Shown one piece after another: positions 19,773 through 31,343 of a stretch of DNA of 64,000 nt (within the stretch, counting starts at the first letter, position 1; every line of letters starts with the position of its first letter). Location: positions 899,241-963,240 of the forward strand of contig OZ242015.1 in assembly GCA_965204785.1 (NCBI GenBank). The letters are read 5' to 3'. The translations under genes were made by a program, and so were the position numbers. Source of the stretch: Alphaproteobacteria bacterium (lineage in GTDB: Bacteria > Pseudomonadota > Alphaproteobacteria > SP197). The notes under the pieces were generated by a model. That model searched no databases and was not told the DNA's origin. It saw only the letters and a program-made list of their open reading frames with translations.

Positions 19773-20633
19773 ATGAAGAAGCTGTTGGTTGGATTGTCGT
19801 TTCTGGCCGTGTTGGCATCGGCCACGCCGTTGTTCGCGCAAACCGCCGATGTTCAGACCCTGTCGAGCAAACTGGACCGGTTGCACAACGATCTCATCGA
19901 CCTTCAGCGGTTCGTCTATAAAGGCGAGGGCGAGGTTCTTACCGTCACGCCCTCCATCGCGTCCAGCGCCAACTCCGCGACCATCCAGCTTGGTATCCAA
20001 CAGTTCGAGGAAAAGCTGCGCCTGCTGACCGGCCGGCTCGAGGATCTGGAATACCAGCAGCGCCAGTTGAACGAGCGCATGGACAAACTGGTCGCTGACG
20101 TCGATGCGCGCCTGGCTTCGGGCGCGCCCATGGCCGGTGACGCCAATGACCTCACCATGCCCGGCGACGGCGGTCTCACCAACGATGACCTTGTCGCCGG
20201 CTCGGACGTTGAGGCCGGGGATGTCACCGGCGCCCTGCTGCCGCCTGATTCCGAGATGGACCAGTACAACTTTGCCTTCTCGCTGCTGCGCAAGGCCGAC
20301 TACGAGGGCGCCGAAATCGCCTTCAACGAGTTCATTTCCGTCTTTCCCAACAGCGAACTCAATGGAAACGCTTACTATTGGTTGGGTTCTACCTATTTCG
20401 TTCGTGAAAATTACCAGAACGCAGCGATTGCCTTCCTGAAAGGCTACCAGTTCGACGCCACCGGGCCCAAGGCGGCAGACATCCTGCTGAAGCTGGGCGT
20501 CACGCTCTCGCGCCTGGGCAAGAATGCCGAAGCCTGCGCAACCTTTGTCGAACTCAACAACAAATTCCCCGAAGCCGCGCAGACCCTTCTGGACGAAGCG
20601 TCCGACGAAGCGGCCGCGGCCGGCTGCGGCTAA
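19773..20633 (+). CDS. cpoB: Tol-Pal system protein CpoB/YbgF
   Basis: Signal peptide MKKLLVGLSFLAVLASATPLFA, coiled coil, C-terminal TPR. Confidence 0.85.
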   Translation: MKKLLVGLSFLAVLASATPLFAQTADVQTLSSKLDRLHNDLIDLQRFVYKGEGEVLTVTPSIASSANSATIQLGIQQFEEKLRLLTGRLEDLEYQQRQLNERMDKLVADVDARLASGAPMAGDANDLTMPGDGGLTNDDLVAGSDVEAGDVTGALLPPDSEMDQYNFAFSLLRKADYEGAEIAFNEFISVFPNSELNGNAYYWLGSTYFVRENYQNAAIAFLKGYQFDATGPKAADILLKLGVTLSRLGKNAEACATFVELNNKFPEAAQTLLDEASDEAAAAGCG

Positions 20634-20755
20634 GGCCCGACTGCGATCTTCTGGCCGTTTGCGGTTCAAATCTCCGGCGTTTGGTCTTGTCCTCGCACCT
20701 CTTGATCTCCGGACCTGCATGTATGGAAGCCGAAGCCAGTCAGAGGGTTCTCGGC

Positions 20756-20799
20756 CATGCACGGTATTGCCGTTTCCCATGCACGGTATTGCCGTTTCG
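20756..20799 (+). repeat. 22-bp tandem duplication (catgcacggtattgccgtttc[c/g] x2) spanning the start codon of the pal paralog
   Basis: Direct reading; the first copy's ATG is out of frame. Confidence 0.85.
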
Positions 20800-21286
20800 T
20801 TTTCAGCGCTGCTTTTGCCCGCCGCCTGCAGCAATCCTTCGGTCCAGGAAGATGAACGCGTGGTCTACAGCGTCGATGCCGACGATGGCGACGCACTTAT
20901 GGTCGACGACACGTGCTTGGCGGCTTTGAAGTGCTCACCGATCTGGATCGGAGGCGCCGGGTCACTGGCCAACCGGGAGAACGCATGACAGCATCACCCT
21001 GACACCGCAGGGCCAGCAAATCGTGAAGGGCTGGAGCGAATGGATGCGCCAGTTTCCCGAGGTTGCCGTGCGCATCGAGGGGCACGGCGACGAGCGCGGG
21101 ACGCGCGAATACAATCTTGCGCTCGGCGACAAGCGCGCCAATGCGGTACGTAATCTTATCATCGCCTACGGCATCGACCCCTCGCGGATCGGTGTCGTCA
21201 GCTTCGGCAAGGAGCGTCCGGTGGTTGCCGGCCATACCCAGAAGTCCTGGGCGCAAAACCGTCGCGGTGTTCTGACGATCATTTAG
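20779..21286 (+). pseudogene. second, disrupted pal copy (pal') downstream of cpoB
   Basis: Frame 1: MHGIAVSFSALLLPAACSNPSVQEDERVVYSVDADDGD… (signal+lipobox+acidic start, parallel to Pal) ending TGA 20988. Frame 2 (20990-21286): …ITLTPQGQQIVKGWSEWMRQFPEVAVRIEGHGDERGTREYNLALGDKRANAVRNLIIAYGIDPSRIGVVSFGKERPVVAGHTQKSWAQNRRGVLTII, an intact OmpA-like domain ~75% identical to Pal. Shared upstream motif ttctggccgtt. Confidence 0.6.
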
Positions 21287-21340
21287 AGCAAGAGCATGTC
21301 AGGTCGCCCCGACCTGAACTGATCGGGTCTAGATACAGGA

Positions 21341-22768
21341 TTGGGCTTCCCCATGGGCGATTGCCCATTCTCCGTGAACAGCACTCCTGCTACCCTTTGC
21401 GAGACGACCATGCAACAAGCGACCTCCCCGCCGGCGAACGAAGAACTCCGAACGGATGTGGCAATCAACCTGCCCGGCCCGAGCGCCGTTCTCCCGATTG
21501 AGGCGGGCGAGTTCGCGCGGCTGATGGAGCGCTGGGCCCCGTTCGAGGCCCCGCCGCGGCTTGCGGTCGGCCTGTCGGGCGGTGCCGACAGCATGGCGTT
21601 GACGCTGCTCGTTCGGGACTGGGTACGCCGCCTTGGCGGATCGGTGTCAGCATGGGTCGTCGATCATGGTCTGCGCGCGGAGTCTGCTGCGGAAGCCGCC
21701 GACGTCGTCGCGTTCTGCGCAAGTGCGGGAATCGAAGCGGAGGTGTTGCCCTGGAGGGGTCCCAAACCCTCGAGCGGCGTGGAGCAGGCCGCTCGCTGTG
21801 CCCGCCATAATCTTCTTGCCCGCGCATGCCTGGATAAAGGCCTGCTCCACCTGTTGCTCGCCCATCACGCTGACGACCAGGCCGAAACCGTCGCCATGCG
21901 CGGTGCCATGCGCAGTGGCAGCCTGGGTCTTTCCGGCATGTCCGCGTGCATCGAACAGGTCGGATTTCGCGTTCTGCGCCCGCTTCTGGCCGTCCGTAAG
22001 GCCCGGCTGGTGGCTACCTTGCGGACCCGGCGGGTCGCATGGTTCGACGATCCCATGAACCATGATCTTTCGTTTACGCGCGTCATACTGCGCCGCGAAG
22101 GCACGCCTGCGCCCGATCCAGGCTTCGGCAACGACCGGCAGCGCATGGAGCGGCGCCTTGCCGCCTGCCTGCCGTCTCTGGTGGAGATCGATAGCGCGGG
22201 CCGGGCGCGTTTAGACCGTGCGGCCTTGGTCGAGCAGGATCCGGCCATGATCAGGCTGACCGTTGCGCGGGTTGCCCAGACCGTCGGCGGTCTCGATTAC
22301 CCCCCGCGCGGTAGACGCCTCGATGCGTTGGTCGCCAGCCTCGCCCAACCCGGTCCCGTCAGGAGAACCCTGGGGCGTTGCACCTGGTGCGGCGGGGATA
22401 CGGTCCAGGTCCGGCGCGAGCGGCGCAATCTGCCCCGCATCGACGTCCTTGGCGGGCGCGAGACACTTTGGGACGGCAGGTTCCGGCTCACGCTGCCCGT
22501 GGGAAACTGGTCCATCGGGACTCTGTCCGCGACACAATGGCGTGACCTTGCATCCCGATCGGACGATTTGGGTCTCAAAGGATCGAAAATCGAGGAATTT
22601 GGCGGAATTCCCGCTGTCTCTGACCTTGAAGGCTTGGCCGCGATACCCCACCTTGGATATGCACGCGAAAGCGGTCTCGGGACGTTCCGGGTGCGGTTCG
22701 CGCCGAAACAGCCGTTGGTGCCGGCCCTTTATGCCGGGGCTGGCATGATGGACGCTGAAAGGCGATAA
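21341..22768 (+). CDS. tilS: tRNA(Ile)-lysidine synthetase TilS
   Basis: PP-loop [14 protein letters not shown]; start may be the Met at 21410. Confidence 0.85.
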   Translation: MGFPMGDCPFSVNSTPATLCETTMQQATSPPANEELRTDVAINLPGPSAVLPIEAGEFARLMERWAPFEAPPRLAVGLSGGADSMALTLLVRDWVRRLGGSVSAWVVDHGLRAESAAEAADVVAFCASAGIEAEVLPWRGPKPSSGVEQAARCARHNLLARACLDKGLLHLLLAHHADDQAETVAMRGAMRSGSLGLSGMSACIEQVGFRVLRPLLAVRKARLVATLRTRRVAWFDDPMNHDLSFTRVILRREGTPAPDPGFGNDRQRMERRLAACLPSLVEIDSAGRARLDRAALVEQDPAMIRLTVARVAQTVGGLDYPPRGRRLDALVASLAQPGPVRRTLGRCTWCGGDTVQVRRERRNLPRIDVLGGRETLWDGRFRLTLPVGNWSIGTLSATQWRDLASRSDDLGLKGSKIEEFGGIPAVSDLEGLAAIPHLGYARESGLGTFRVRFAPKQPLVPALYAGAGMMDAERR

Positions 22769-22800
22769 TAGAGAATAACAGCCGGGAAACGAGGCAGCTC

Positions 22801-24726
22801 TTGAACAACTTTGGACGCAATCTTGCGCTATGGGTCGTCATTGCAATCCTGCTGATCGCGCTGTTCCAGCTGTTCCAGCCGAACGATCCCAACCAGCATT
22901 CCGAACTGGCGTTTTCCAGCTTCCTGGAGGAAGTGGAAGCCGGTCAGGTACGCAAGGTCACGATCCAGGGCAACCGGATCAACGGACAGTTCACCGGCGG
23001 ACAGGAATTCACCACCTATGCGCCCAACGATGCCGATCTCGTTCCCGTCCTGACCGAAAACAATGTCGAGATCTCGGCCGCGCCCAGCGAAGAGGGCATG
23101 CCGTCATTCTTCGGCATCCTGCTTTCCTGGTTCCCGATGCTGCTTCTCATTGGCGTGTGGATTTTCTTCATGCGTCAGATGCAGTCGGGCGGCGGCAAGG
23201 CCATGGGCTTTGGCCGGTCCAAGGCGCGTCTGCTGACCGAAAAGCAGGGCCGCGTGACCTTCGAGGACGTCGCGGGTATCGACGAGGCCAAGGACGAACT
23301 CGAGGAGATCGTCGAGTACCTGAAGAATCCGCAGAAATTCCAGCGCCTGGGTGGCCGTATCCCCAAGGGCGTGCTGCTGGTTGGTCCTCCGGGCACGGGT
23401 AAGACGCTTCTGGCGCGCGCCATTGCGGGCGAAGCGAATGCGCCGTTCTACACCATCTCGGGCTCGGACTTCGTCGAGATGTTCGTCGGCGTGGGCGCCA
23501 GCCGCGTGCGCGACATGTTCGAGCAGGCCAAGAAGAACGCGCCCTGCATCATCTTTATCGACGAAATTGACGCCGTGGGCCGCCATCGCGGCGCAGGTCT
23601 CGGTGGTGGCAACGACGAGCGCGAGCAGACCCTCAACCAGTTGCTTGTCGAAATGGACGGTTTCGAGGCCAACGAAGGTATCATCCTGATCGCTGCGACC
23701 AACCGTCCCGACGTGCTCGACCCCGCGCTCCTGCGTCCGGGCCGTTTCGACCGCCAGGTCGTGGTGCTCAACCCTGACATTCTGGGCCGCGAGAAGATCC
23801 TGAAGGTCCACACTCGCAAGGTGCCGATCGGTGCGGATGTCGTGTTGAAGACCATTGCCCGCGGCACGCCCGGATTCTCCGGCGCCGACCTCGCCAACCT
23901 TGTGAACGAGGCCGCCCTGCTTGCGGCCCGGCGCGGCAAGCGCGTCGTCACCATGAAGGAACTCGAGGACGCAAAGGATAAGGTCATGATGGGCGCAGAA
24001 CGCCGCTCCATGGTCATGACCGAGGACGAAAAGAAGCTCACCGCCTATCACGAAGGCGGCCATGCCCTGGTCATGCTTTATGCGCCCGGCCACGAGCCCC
24101 TGCACAAGGTCACGATCATTCCGCGCGGGCGTGCCCTGGGTCTCACGATGTACCTCCCTGAACGGGACCGCCTGAGCATTTCGGAGAGGGAGCTCAAGGC
24201 CAAGATCGCCAGCCTGTTCGGCGGGCGCGTGGCCGAGGAAATGGTCTTCGGCAAGGAAAACATCACCACCGGTGCCAGCAACGACATCAAGGTCGCGACC
24301 GATCTTGCTCGCCGCATGGTCACGCAGTTCGGTTTCTCCGACAAACTGGGGCCGCTGCTTTACGGAGAGAACGACGAGGAAGTGTTCCTCGGCCACTCGG
24401 TGACCCAGCGCAAGAACGTCTCCGATTCCACCGCCGCGGTGATCGATGAGGAAATCCGACGCCTGATCGATGAGGGCGAGGCGACCGCGCGCCGCATCCT
24501 TGAGGAACACAGGGACGAGTTGGAATTGCTGGGAGAGGCGCTTCTGGAGCACGAGACGCTCTCGGCCGACGAAGTGCGGCGCGTCATCAAGGGAGAGTCG
24601 ATCAACCGTGACGAAGGCAACGAGCCCGAGCAGCCGGCGCCTCCGCGTCAGGGTGCGTCTGTGCCCACGACCGAAGGCGACGGCGCACCCGGTGGCGCAA
24701 CGCCCGAGCCCCAGCCCGGCGGTTGA
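22801..24726 (+). CDS. ftsH: ATP-dependent zinc metalloprotease FtsH
   Basis: TTG start (M)[17 protein letters not shown]…; Walker A GPPGTGKT; HEGGH zinc site. Confidence 0.95.
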   Translation: MNNFGRNLALWVVIAILLIALFQLFQPNDPNQHSELAFSSFLEEVEAGQVRKVTIQGNRINGQFTGGQEFTTYAPNDADLVPVLTENNVEISAAPSEEGMPSFFGILLSWFPMLLLIGVWIFFMRQMQSGGGKAMGFGRSKARLLTEKQGRVTFEDVAGIDEAKDELEEIVEYLKNPQKFQRLGGRIPKGVLLVGPPGTGKTLLARAIAGEANAPFYTISGSDFVEMFVGVGASRVRDMFEQAKKNAPCIIFIDEIDAVGRHRGAGLGGGNDEREQTLNQLLVEMDGFEANEGIILIAATNRPDVLDPALLRPGRFDRQVVVLNPDILGREKILKVHTRKVPIGADVVLKTIARGTPGFSGADLANLVNEAALLAARRGKRVVTMKELEDAKDKVMMGAERRSMVMTEDEKKLTAYHEGGHALVMLYAPGHEPLHKVTIIPRGRALGLTMYLPERDRLSISERELKAKIASLFGGRVAEEMVFGKENITTGASNDIKVATDLARRMVTQFGFSDKLGPLLYGENDEEVFLGHSVTQRKNVSDSTAAVIDEEIRRLIDEGEATARRILEEHRDELELLGEALLEHETLSADEVRRVIKGESINRDEGNEPEQPAPPRQGASVPTTEGDGAPGGATPEPQPGG

Positions 24727-24959
24727 CCACACGCCTGCCCGTCACCGGGCTTGACGCTCTTCCCGATACCATCCCGCAGGACGCCTCGGTCTATGTGAAG
24801 CCGCTGGTTTCCGCGCCGCGTTCGGTCGTGGCTCTCCCAGCCCCTCCGCAACAGGCCGAAGTGCTCATCCGTGAACCGGCCTCGGTGCGATCGGCAGTCG
24901 CACCGATGACGGACGTGGTGGCCTGGACCTCCGTGCTGGACGAGCGTCAGGTACGGCGC

Positions 24960-25823
24960 GTGAAACGCCAGATCGACCATTTCGAAAAGCCTGATCCGTC
25001 GTTTCCAGGGCTTGCCGTGGGCGGGTGCCATATCATGGGCATAGTCAACGCCACGCCCGACAGTTTTTCGGACGGTGGGAAAAGCCTCGCGCCCAGCCAC
25101 GCGGAAGCCCAGGCTCTCCTGATGATCGAGGCCGGTGCGTCGCTGCTCGACGTCGGCGGAGAATCGACCCGGCCCGGTGCCAGGCCCGTTGTACCCGATG
25201 CGGAGGCGGCCCGCGTCGTGCCCGTGATCGAGCTTCTGGCCGAACTCGGCGTGCCGGTTTCCATCGATACCCGCAACGCGTCGGTCATGGCTGCGGCACT
25301 CGATGCCGGTGCGTCCATCGTCAACGATGTCAGCGCGCTCACCCACGATTCCGACGCCATGGTACTGGTTGCCGAACGCAGTGTGCCCGTCGTTCTGGTG
25401 CACGCCCTGGACGATCCGCGCACCATGCAGGACGCGCCCGCCTACGATCACGTCAGTCTGGATATCTTCGACTATCTCGAAGCGCGCATCGTGGCCTGCC
25501 TGGATGCGGGCATTGCCCGTGAGAAGATCATCGTCGATCCCGGCATCGGTTTCGGCAAGACGCTCGACCACAACCTCATGCTGCTTCGTGACCTCCAGCT
25601 TTTTCGTGCGCTTGGCTGTCCGGTCCTGCTGGGGGCTTCGCGCAAGGGATTCATCGGCAAACTCAGCGGCGAGGAGCTAGCGGGCCGTCGGGTGGCCGGC
25701 AGCCTTGCCGCTGCGCTGGCGGGGGCCAGGGCAGGGGCACGATACTTGCGTGTCCATGATGTGCTAGAGACGGTCCAAGCCTTGTGGGTCTGGCAGGCCA
25801 TTGAGGGGATGGAAAGACCATGA
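24960..25823 (+). CDS. folP: dihydropteroate synthase FolP (start uncertain; ORF open from 24723)
   Basis: …[16 protein letters not shown]…; ftsH-folP-glmM synteny. Confidence 0.8.
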   Translation: MKRQIDHFEKPDPSFPGLAVGGCHIMGIVNATPDSFSDGGKSLAPSHAEAQALLMIEAGASLLDVGGESTRPGARPVVPDAEAARVVPVIELLAELGVPVSIDTRNASVMAAALDAGASIVNDVSALTHDSDAMVLVAERSVPVVLVHALDDPRTMQDAPAYDHVSLDIFDYLEARIVACLDAGIAREKIIVDPGIGFGKTLDHNLMLLRDLQLFRALGCPVLLGASRKGFIGKLSGEELAGRRVAGSLAAALAGARAGARYLRVHDVLETVQALWVWQAIEGMERP

Positions 25824-27166
25824 GTCGACGTTATTTCGGAACCGACGGCATCCGCGGACGCGCGAATTTCGAGCCCATGACGGCCGAGATTGCGCTGAAA
25901 GCCGGCATGGCCGCGGGTCTGCATTTTCAGGGCGGCAACCATGTCCATCGCGTCGTGATCGGCAAGGACACGCGTCTTTCCTGCTACATGATCGAAAACG
26001 CCATGGCCTCGGGCTTCGTATCGGTCGGCATGGAGGTGCTGCTTCTGGGGCCGACCCCCACGCCCGGCGTCGCGACTCTGACGCGCTCCATGCGCGCCGA
26101 TCTGGGCGTCATGATCTCGGCTTCGCACAATTCCTTCGAGGACAACGGCATCAAGTTCTTCGGCCCCGACGGTTTAAAGCTCTCCGATGAGGACGAGGAA
26201 ACGATTGAGGCACGCATGGACGGCGAGCTGACATCCATGCGCGCCGGTCCGCAGGCCCTGGGGCGCGTACGCCGTCTACAGGGCGCGATCGGCCGCTATT
26301 CGGAATTCTGCAAGAGCGCTTATCCCCGAGACCTGCGGCTTGACGGCCTGCGCATCGTCATCGACGCGGCCAACGGGGCCGGTTATCGCGTCGCTCCCGA
26401 AGCGCTTTGGGAACTGGGTGCCGAGGTCATTCCCATCGGCGTCGAACCCAATGGCACGAACATCAATCTCAACTGTGGCTCGACCTCCACCGCTGTCATG
26501 CAGAAAGCGGTTCACGACTACCGCGCCGATCTGGGCATCGCGCTTGACGGCGATGCCGACCGCGTGCTGATCGCAGACGAGAAGGGCAAGATCGTCGACG
26601 GCGATCAGATCATGGCGCTGGTCGCCGACTGGATGCTCGAACACGGCGAACTGCGCGGCGGCGGTATCGTTGGCACCGTGATGTCGAACCTCGGCCTGCA
26701 GCGCTTCATGGAGTCTAAGGGCCAGGTGCTCGAACGCACCAAGGTCGGCGACCGTTATGTCGTCGAACGCATGCTCGAAAAGGGCTTCAACATGGGCGGC
26801 GAGCAGTCCGGCCACATCATCTTCTCGGACCATTCCACCACGGGCGACGGTCTCATCGCCGCACTCCAGGTGCTCGCCGTGCTTGTCGAGCGGGAAAAGC
26901 CCATGAGCGAACTTGGTTGCCAGTTCGAACTCGTGCCCCAGCTTCTCAAGAACGTAAGCTTCCAGGGTGGCGCACCGCTGGAATCCGACAACGTCAAGGC
27001 GGCACTCGCTGCCGCCGAGGAGCGTCTGGGCCAGGACGGCCGTCTGGTGGTGCGTAAGTCGGGCACCGAACCGCTCATTCGCATCATGGCCGAACACGCC
27101 GATTCGGCCCTCGTCAACGCCGTCGTCTCCGAACTGGAAACCACCGTTCAGCGCGCGGCCGGTTGA
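25820..27166 (+). CDS. glmM: phosphoglucosamine mutase GlmM
   Basis: [16 protein letters not shown]…; active-site [13 protein letters not shown]. Confidence 0.95.
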   Translation: MSRRYFGTDGIRGRANFEPMTAEIALKAGMAAGLHFQGGNHVHRVVIGKDTRLSCYMIENAMASGFVSVGMEVLLLGPTPTPGVATLTRSMRADLGVMISASHNSFEDNGIKFFGPDGLKLSDEDEETIEARMDGELTSMRAGPQALGRVRRLQGAIGRYSEFCKSAYPRDLRLDGLRIVIDAANGAGYRVAPEALWELGAEVIPIGVEPNGTNINLNCGSTSTAVMQKAVHDYRADLGIALDGDADRVLIADEKGKIVDGDQIMALVADWMLEHGELRGGGIVGTVMSNLGLQRFMESKGQVLERTKVGDRYVVERMLEKGFNMGGEQSGHIIFSDHSTTGDGLIAALQVLAVLVEREKPMSELGCQFELVPQLLKNVSFQGGAPLESDNVKAALAAAEERLGQDGRLVVRKSGTEPLIRIMAEHADSALVNAVVSELETTVQRAAG

Positions 27167-27178
27167 AAAGTTGATGTC

Positions 27179-27219
27179 CTCCCGGCTCCCCCCGGACCAA
27201 GTCCGGGGGGAGCCGGGAC
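27179..27219 (+). terminator. GC-rich perfect hairpin (18-bp stem, 4-nt loop) just after glmM
   Basis: tcccggctccccccggac-caag-gtccggggggagccggga; no U-tract. Confidence 0.4.
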
Positions 27220-27308
27220 CTCGACAGGCAGGCTCGTAATTCTCGGGGCCTGGATCGAGGACACCTTGCCTGTGGTGGACATAGCTTTCTTGAAGAGGGT
27301 GCTGGCGA

Positions 27309-27723
27309 CCCTCACACCACCACGCCTATCGACGGCGGTACGTCGCGTGTCAGGTTGGCGACCATGTCGAGACCGCTTGCCAGATCCTCGTGGGTCATCG
27401 GGCCGGTCAGCGACAGGCGCACCGCGAAAGGCACGGTATCGCGCCCGATGGCGAAGGATTCCGCAGGCGTGAGCACCACACCCGGCCGCTCGGCGGGGCG
27501 GGTGAAATGTCGGACGTCAGGGCTCGGGCAGGGTGAGCCATCGATGGAAGCCGTTGGGATAGGCTTGGAACTCCAGTCCGGCCAGATGTTTGCGGGCGAT
27601 GGCCTCTAGTGCCCGTGCTTCCGCGCGCACGATGTCTTCGAACGTCTCGACCGAGCCTGCCTCCATCCAGCGCCTGGCCAGTTCGGTCATCAGCAGCGGG
27701 GCATGCAGGCTGGTCGCGGCCAT
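27309..27723 (-). pseudogene. C-terminal fragment of a PLP-dependent aminotransferase / MocR-type protein (N-terminally truncated, one frameshift)
   Basis: …LMTELARRWMEAGSVETFEDIVRAEARALEAIARKHLAGLEFQAYPNGFHRWLTLPEP then +1 shift …RPGVVLTPAESFAIGRDTVPFAVRLSLTGPMTHEDLASGLDMV…; TGA immediately upstream of the first Met. Confidence 0.5.
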
Positions 27724-27779
27724 GATCCGCGTGCCTCGTCACTCTGGCCTTCGGACGTTACCAGAAGGAGACAAGACCA

Positions 27780-27996
27780 TGACACAGATTGCCCATCATC
27801 ATCTCGCCGACGCCGCCCAGCACATCTGGAACATGGTCTCTGCACCGTTGCCGTGCCCGACGCCCTGATGACCTGGCGGTAACGCGGGCAGACCCGATCA
27901 GCCCTGCGTCAGATGGACGACAGTCTGCTGCGCGACATGGGCATCGACTGCATCTCGGCCCAGCACGAGGTGCGCAAGCCATTCTGGAAAGCCTGA
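27780..27996 (+). pseudogene. DUF1127-family small protein, frameshifted
   Basis: C-terminal frame gives …SALRQMDDSLLRDMGIDCISAQHEVRKPFWKA* (DUF1127 hallmark …L.DigI.R.di…kpFW); N-terminal MTQIAHHHLADAAQHIW… and W..RCRARR are in two other frames. Confidence 0.45.
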
Positions 27997-28273
27997 AATA
28001 TCCGTGTCATTCCGGCTCTCCGCTCCTCCGCTACGGTCGGGATGGCATACTTGATGTGGTCATGATGACGTTCTGCGGCGAAAGCGGAGCGGCCTCCGAC
28101 CGGTGCAACCGCGCACCAACGACTGAGGTTAAACAAAATCCGCCGGGGTGACAAACTTATCTCCATCGCCGTCATCATCGCGTAGGATGATTTAGTAGCA
28201 AGAACCGGGTCGTTGAACCCATGTGCGTATTCTACTTTCAACCTGTCGCATGGAATCACTCGGAGACAGGACA

Positions 28274-29238
28274 TGACCAGAACACAGGCAAGCGATTACG
28301 CAAGGGTCGAGCAGGCGATCGGCTTTCTCGACGAGAACTTTCTCGACCAGCCCGATCTCGAGGATCTCGCCGCCCAGATCGGCTTGAGTCCCTGGCACTT
28401 CCAGCGCCTGTTCCGCCGCTGGGCCGGCATCAGCCCCAAACGGTTTCTGCAGTTTCTCACCGTCGACTATGCCCGCGATCTGCTGGAGCGCTCGACGCCC
28501 GTGCTGGATGCCGCCTTCGAATCCGGTCTTTCCGGCCCCTCACGTCTGCATGACCTCTTTGTCGTGACCGAGGCCGTCACCCCCGGCGACGTGCGCCGCG
28601 GCGGCCAGGGCCTTGTCATCCGCCACGGCGTGCACACCTCGCCCTTCGGACCGGCTGCACTCGGCATGACCGACCGCGGCGTCTGTTCGCTCACCTTCGG
28701 GCCTGCCGATGCGATGGATGCGGGCTGGGCGCGCGGCCTACTGCTCTCCCGCTGGCCCAATGCCACGCTTGTCGAGGACGGCCCTGCCACGGCAAAGGTC
28801 GCCCAGCAGATTTTCGACGGCAAGGCGGACGCCAGCGCCATCCCGCTCCACCTGCGCGGCACCAACTTCCAGATTCGCGTGTGGGAGGCTCTGTTGCGCA
28901 TTCCGCCCGCCGCCGTCACGTCCTATCAGGATCTCGCCCGGCGCAGCGGCGACGAGCGTACCATGCGCGCCACTGCCTCGGCCGTCGCGCGCAATCCGAT
29001 TGCGTTTGTCATTCCCTGCCACCGCGTCATCCGTAAGACCGGACCGTTTCACAACTACGCTTGGGGGCAGCATCGCAAGCAGGCCATTCTGGGCTGGGAA
29101 CAGGCCCGCTTCGGCGAAGGCCGCGACTGCGGCCCGCGCACACTTGTGCGCGAGCCATGGATTGCGGATGCAATCCGCCCGGCGTTTGAGGACAAGCAAA
29201 GACGTGCTATCCGGCACGCTTTTGCGTCACCAAATTAG
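28274..29238 (+). CDS. AraC-family HTH fused to methylated-DNA-[protein]-cysteine S-methyltransferase (Ada-like, no Zn methylphosphotriester domain)
   Basis: AraC HTH (…LAAQIGLSPWHFQRLFRRWAGISPKRFL…) plus MGMT active site IPCHRVI. Confidence 0.8.
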
Positions 29239-29249
29239 GAGTTCATGCC

Positions 29250-30062
29250 GTGCGTTATCCCATCTATCAGGTCGATGCCTTTGCCAACTGTGCGTTCCGC
29301 GGTAACCCGGCGGCGGTGATGCCCTTGGAAGAATGGATGAAGGACGATGCGCTCCAGGCCATCGCGGCAGAGAACAACCTTGCCGAGACGGCGTTTTTCC
29401 GGCCCGGCACGGACGAGGCGTTTGAACTGCGCTGGTTCACGCCCACGGTGGAGGTCGATCTCTGCGGTCACGCCACGCTCGCCACCGCGTTCATCCTGAT
29501 GACCGAGATCGATCCCGACATGGAGGAGGTCGCCTTCGAAACCCGCAGCGGGCGGCTCTATGTCCGACGCCGGAAGGACCTCTTCGTGCTCGATTTTCCC
29601 ATCCATGAGATGAATTCGAATTCGACGCCCGATGCGGTGGCGCAAGCCATCGGCGCGGCGCCCAGCGAGGCTTTTGTCGGCAAAGATGGCGGAAACTATC
29701 TCTTCGTCTATGAGCACGAGTCCGATGTCGCCGGACTCGCCCCCGACATGGCGGCGCTCGTGAAGGCCGTCGGCGAGGACGAACGCGGCGTCATCTGCAC
29801 CGCACCACTTGAGTCGGGCGAGGGCGATTGCGTCTCACGCTACTTCGCGCCCGCTCACGGCATTCCCGAGGACCCCGTCACCGGCTCGGCCCATTGCATG
29901 ATCGTGCCCTATTGGGCCGGGCGTCTGGGCCAGGACCGTATCCACGCTTTCCAGATTTCCAAGCGCGGCGGCGAACTTTTCTGCGAGCGCAAGGGTGAGC
30001 GCGTCGAAATCGCCGGCCGCGCCGTCAAATACCTCGAAGGCATCGCCCACATTCCGGGATAG
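29250..30062 (+). CDS. PhzF-family (phenazine biosynthesis-like) isomerase
   Basis: MRYPIYQVDAFANCAFRGNPAAVM…, DAP-epimerase-like PhzF fold; GTG start. Confidence 0.8.
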   Translation: MRYPIYQVDAFANCAFRGNPAAVMPLEEWMKDDALQAIAAENNLAETAFFRPGTDEAFELRWFTPTVEVDLCGHATLATAFILMTEIDPDMEEVAFETRSGRLYVRRRKDLFVLDFPIHEMNSNSTPDAVAQAIGAAPSEAFVGKDGGNYLFVYEHESDVAGLAPDMAALVKAVGEDERGVICTAPLESGEGDCVSRYFAPAHGIPEDPVTGSAHCMIVPYWAGRLGQDRIHAFQISKRGGELFCERKGERVEIAGRAVKYLEGIAHIPG

Positions 30063-30099
30063 GCGCCATCAATAGTGCCGCCGCGCGGGAGGCGGGGTT

Positions 30100-30560
30100 C
30101 GTGCATGGGTCCTCCGGTCAAGCTTGTATGGGGTTTGGCGATCGGGGGGTTACGGTTTGGTTTTCGCTCACCCATTAGCCCGGGAGAGACTGATGAACGG
30201 CCTTGCGCGACACGCCTTGCCCGCGAGATTGACGATGGGCCGGAGTGCTGCCTTGTTGCAGTCGAGTTGAGCAAGAAAAGCCGGTTACCGGGCTCGCGGA
30301 CGGCTTTGCCGGACACAAGATCGTCCTGCACGATCTTCCCGCCGGGGATGGCGCCGGGGCGCCCGGTGGAGGTCGTCCCGTGCTGCGAGGCGGGCTGTGA
30401 CGGGTTCTGGCTGCATCGTCTTTTGCGGGTGCATGGGGTTGTGAACCATGTGTTCGATGCTGCGGGCCTTCAGGTGGGCCGCCGTGCGCGGCGGCCAGGA
30501 CCGACCGGATCGACGTACGGGTTCTTGTGTGCGCTCCGATGGCGCATCTGCGCGGTGAGC
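30100..30560 (+). pseudogene. IS110-family (DEDD) transposase N-terminal remnant
   Basis: …CLVAVELSKKS…PVEVVPCCEAGCDGFWLHRLLRVHGVVNHVFDAAGLQVGRRARRPG… resembles the IS110 DEDD domain (vGiDvsK…vvmEatGgY…L..aGf.V.vvnP); no intact ORF, no catalytic C-terminal domain. Confidence 0.35.
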
Positions 30561-31343
30561 CCGGTGCGGTAGCGTGGTTCAGGTCCCGATCCGGAGCGGG
30601 AGGACGCGCGCCGGCTGCACCGCAAGCGCGCCCGCCCGGTCAACGGGCGCATCCGGCACGTCAACCGCATCAGGGGTCTTCCGGCGACCCGGGGCATCTC
30701 CAGGGCCGGGAACCCCAGGGCCCGCAGCACCACCATCGAACGCGCCCCGGAAGGTACCAGGCGCACCGACGACGGCCAGATCGTCGCGTTCTGCCTGACC
30801 TGACGTCCCGTCCCGGCCGCGCCGTTCCGCGTTCCCCGAACGTCTCCCGATTTATCGCCGTTTCACACCCCCGGAAACCCTTGATATCCGACCTCTTCCC
30901 GCCTTCTTCCCGATTCACAAAGACTTTCCTCCCCCACAAGGGACCCTTGTGCGGCAAACGAAAACCCGATTGGATACAGGTTTACGCGGCATGCGCCGCG
31001 GCACTCAAATCAGGCCCCATCCTTGGATCACAACGCCTCGACACCCAACAAACCCCATATAAGCCGATGGGACGACACAGGGCGGTGAGGAAACGCCAAG
31101 CCCCAATCACACTCCCAACCCGTCATCGTCGAACGTGACTCGATGATCCATGCGCGGACCTCACCTCCTGCGTCGATGAGGGCCGCCGGCAAACTGTGAT
31201 CAAGCGCGCCATCAAAGTTTGACCTCGATGCAGCGTGACCCGCAACTTGCGGTAGCTTGCAGCAATCTTGTGAGGACACCGGACAACAGAAGGCGCTAAG
31301 AAGGGTGCATCTTTCTTGAAGCAGTCAGCGGGGAAAACAGGGC

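Noticed and set aside
20655-20675. tRNA-like T-loop string gcggttcaaatctccgg upstream of pal'
   Set aside because: Flanking bases cannot form a T-stem or acceptor stem; no cloverleaf possible
19689-20834. 381-aa ORF antisense to cpoB
   Set aside because: Antisense to cpoB, which has a clear signal peptide and TPR; no features
23104-24732. 542-aa ORF antisense to ftsH
   Set aside because: Spurious long antisense ORF common in 65% GC DNA
30937-30953. cacaaggg-a-cccttgtg tight palindrome as a regulatory site
   Set aside because: Single occurrence in ORF-free decayed DNA; the loop is too short for a stable hairpin, and there is no adjacent gene to regulate
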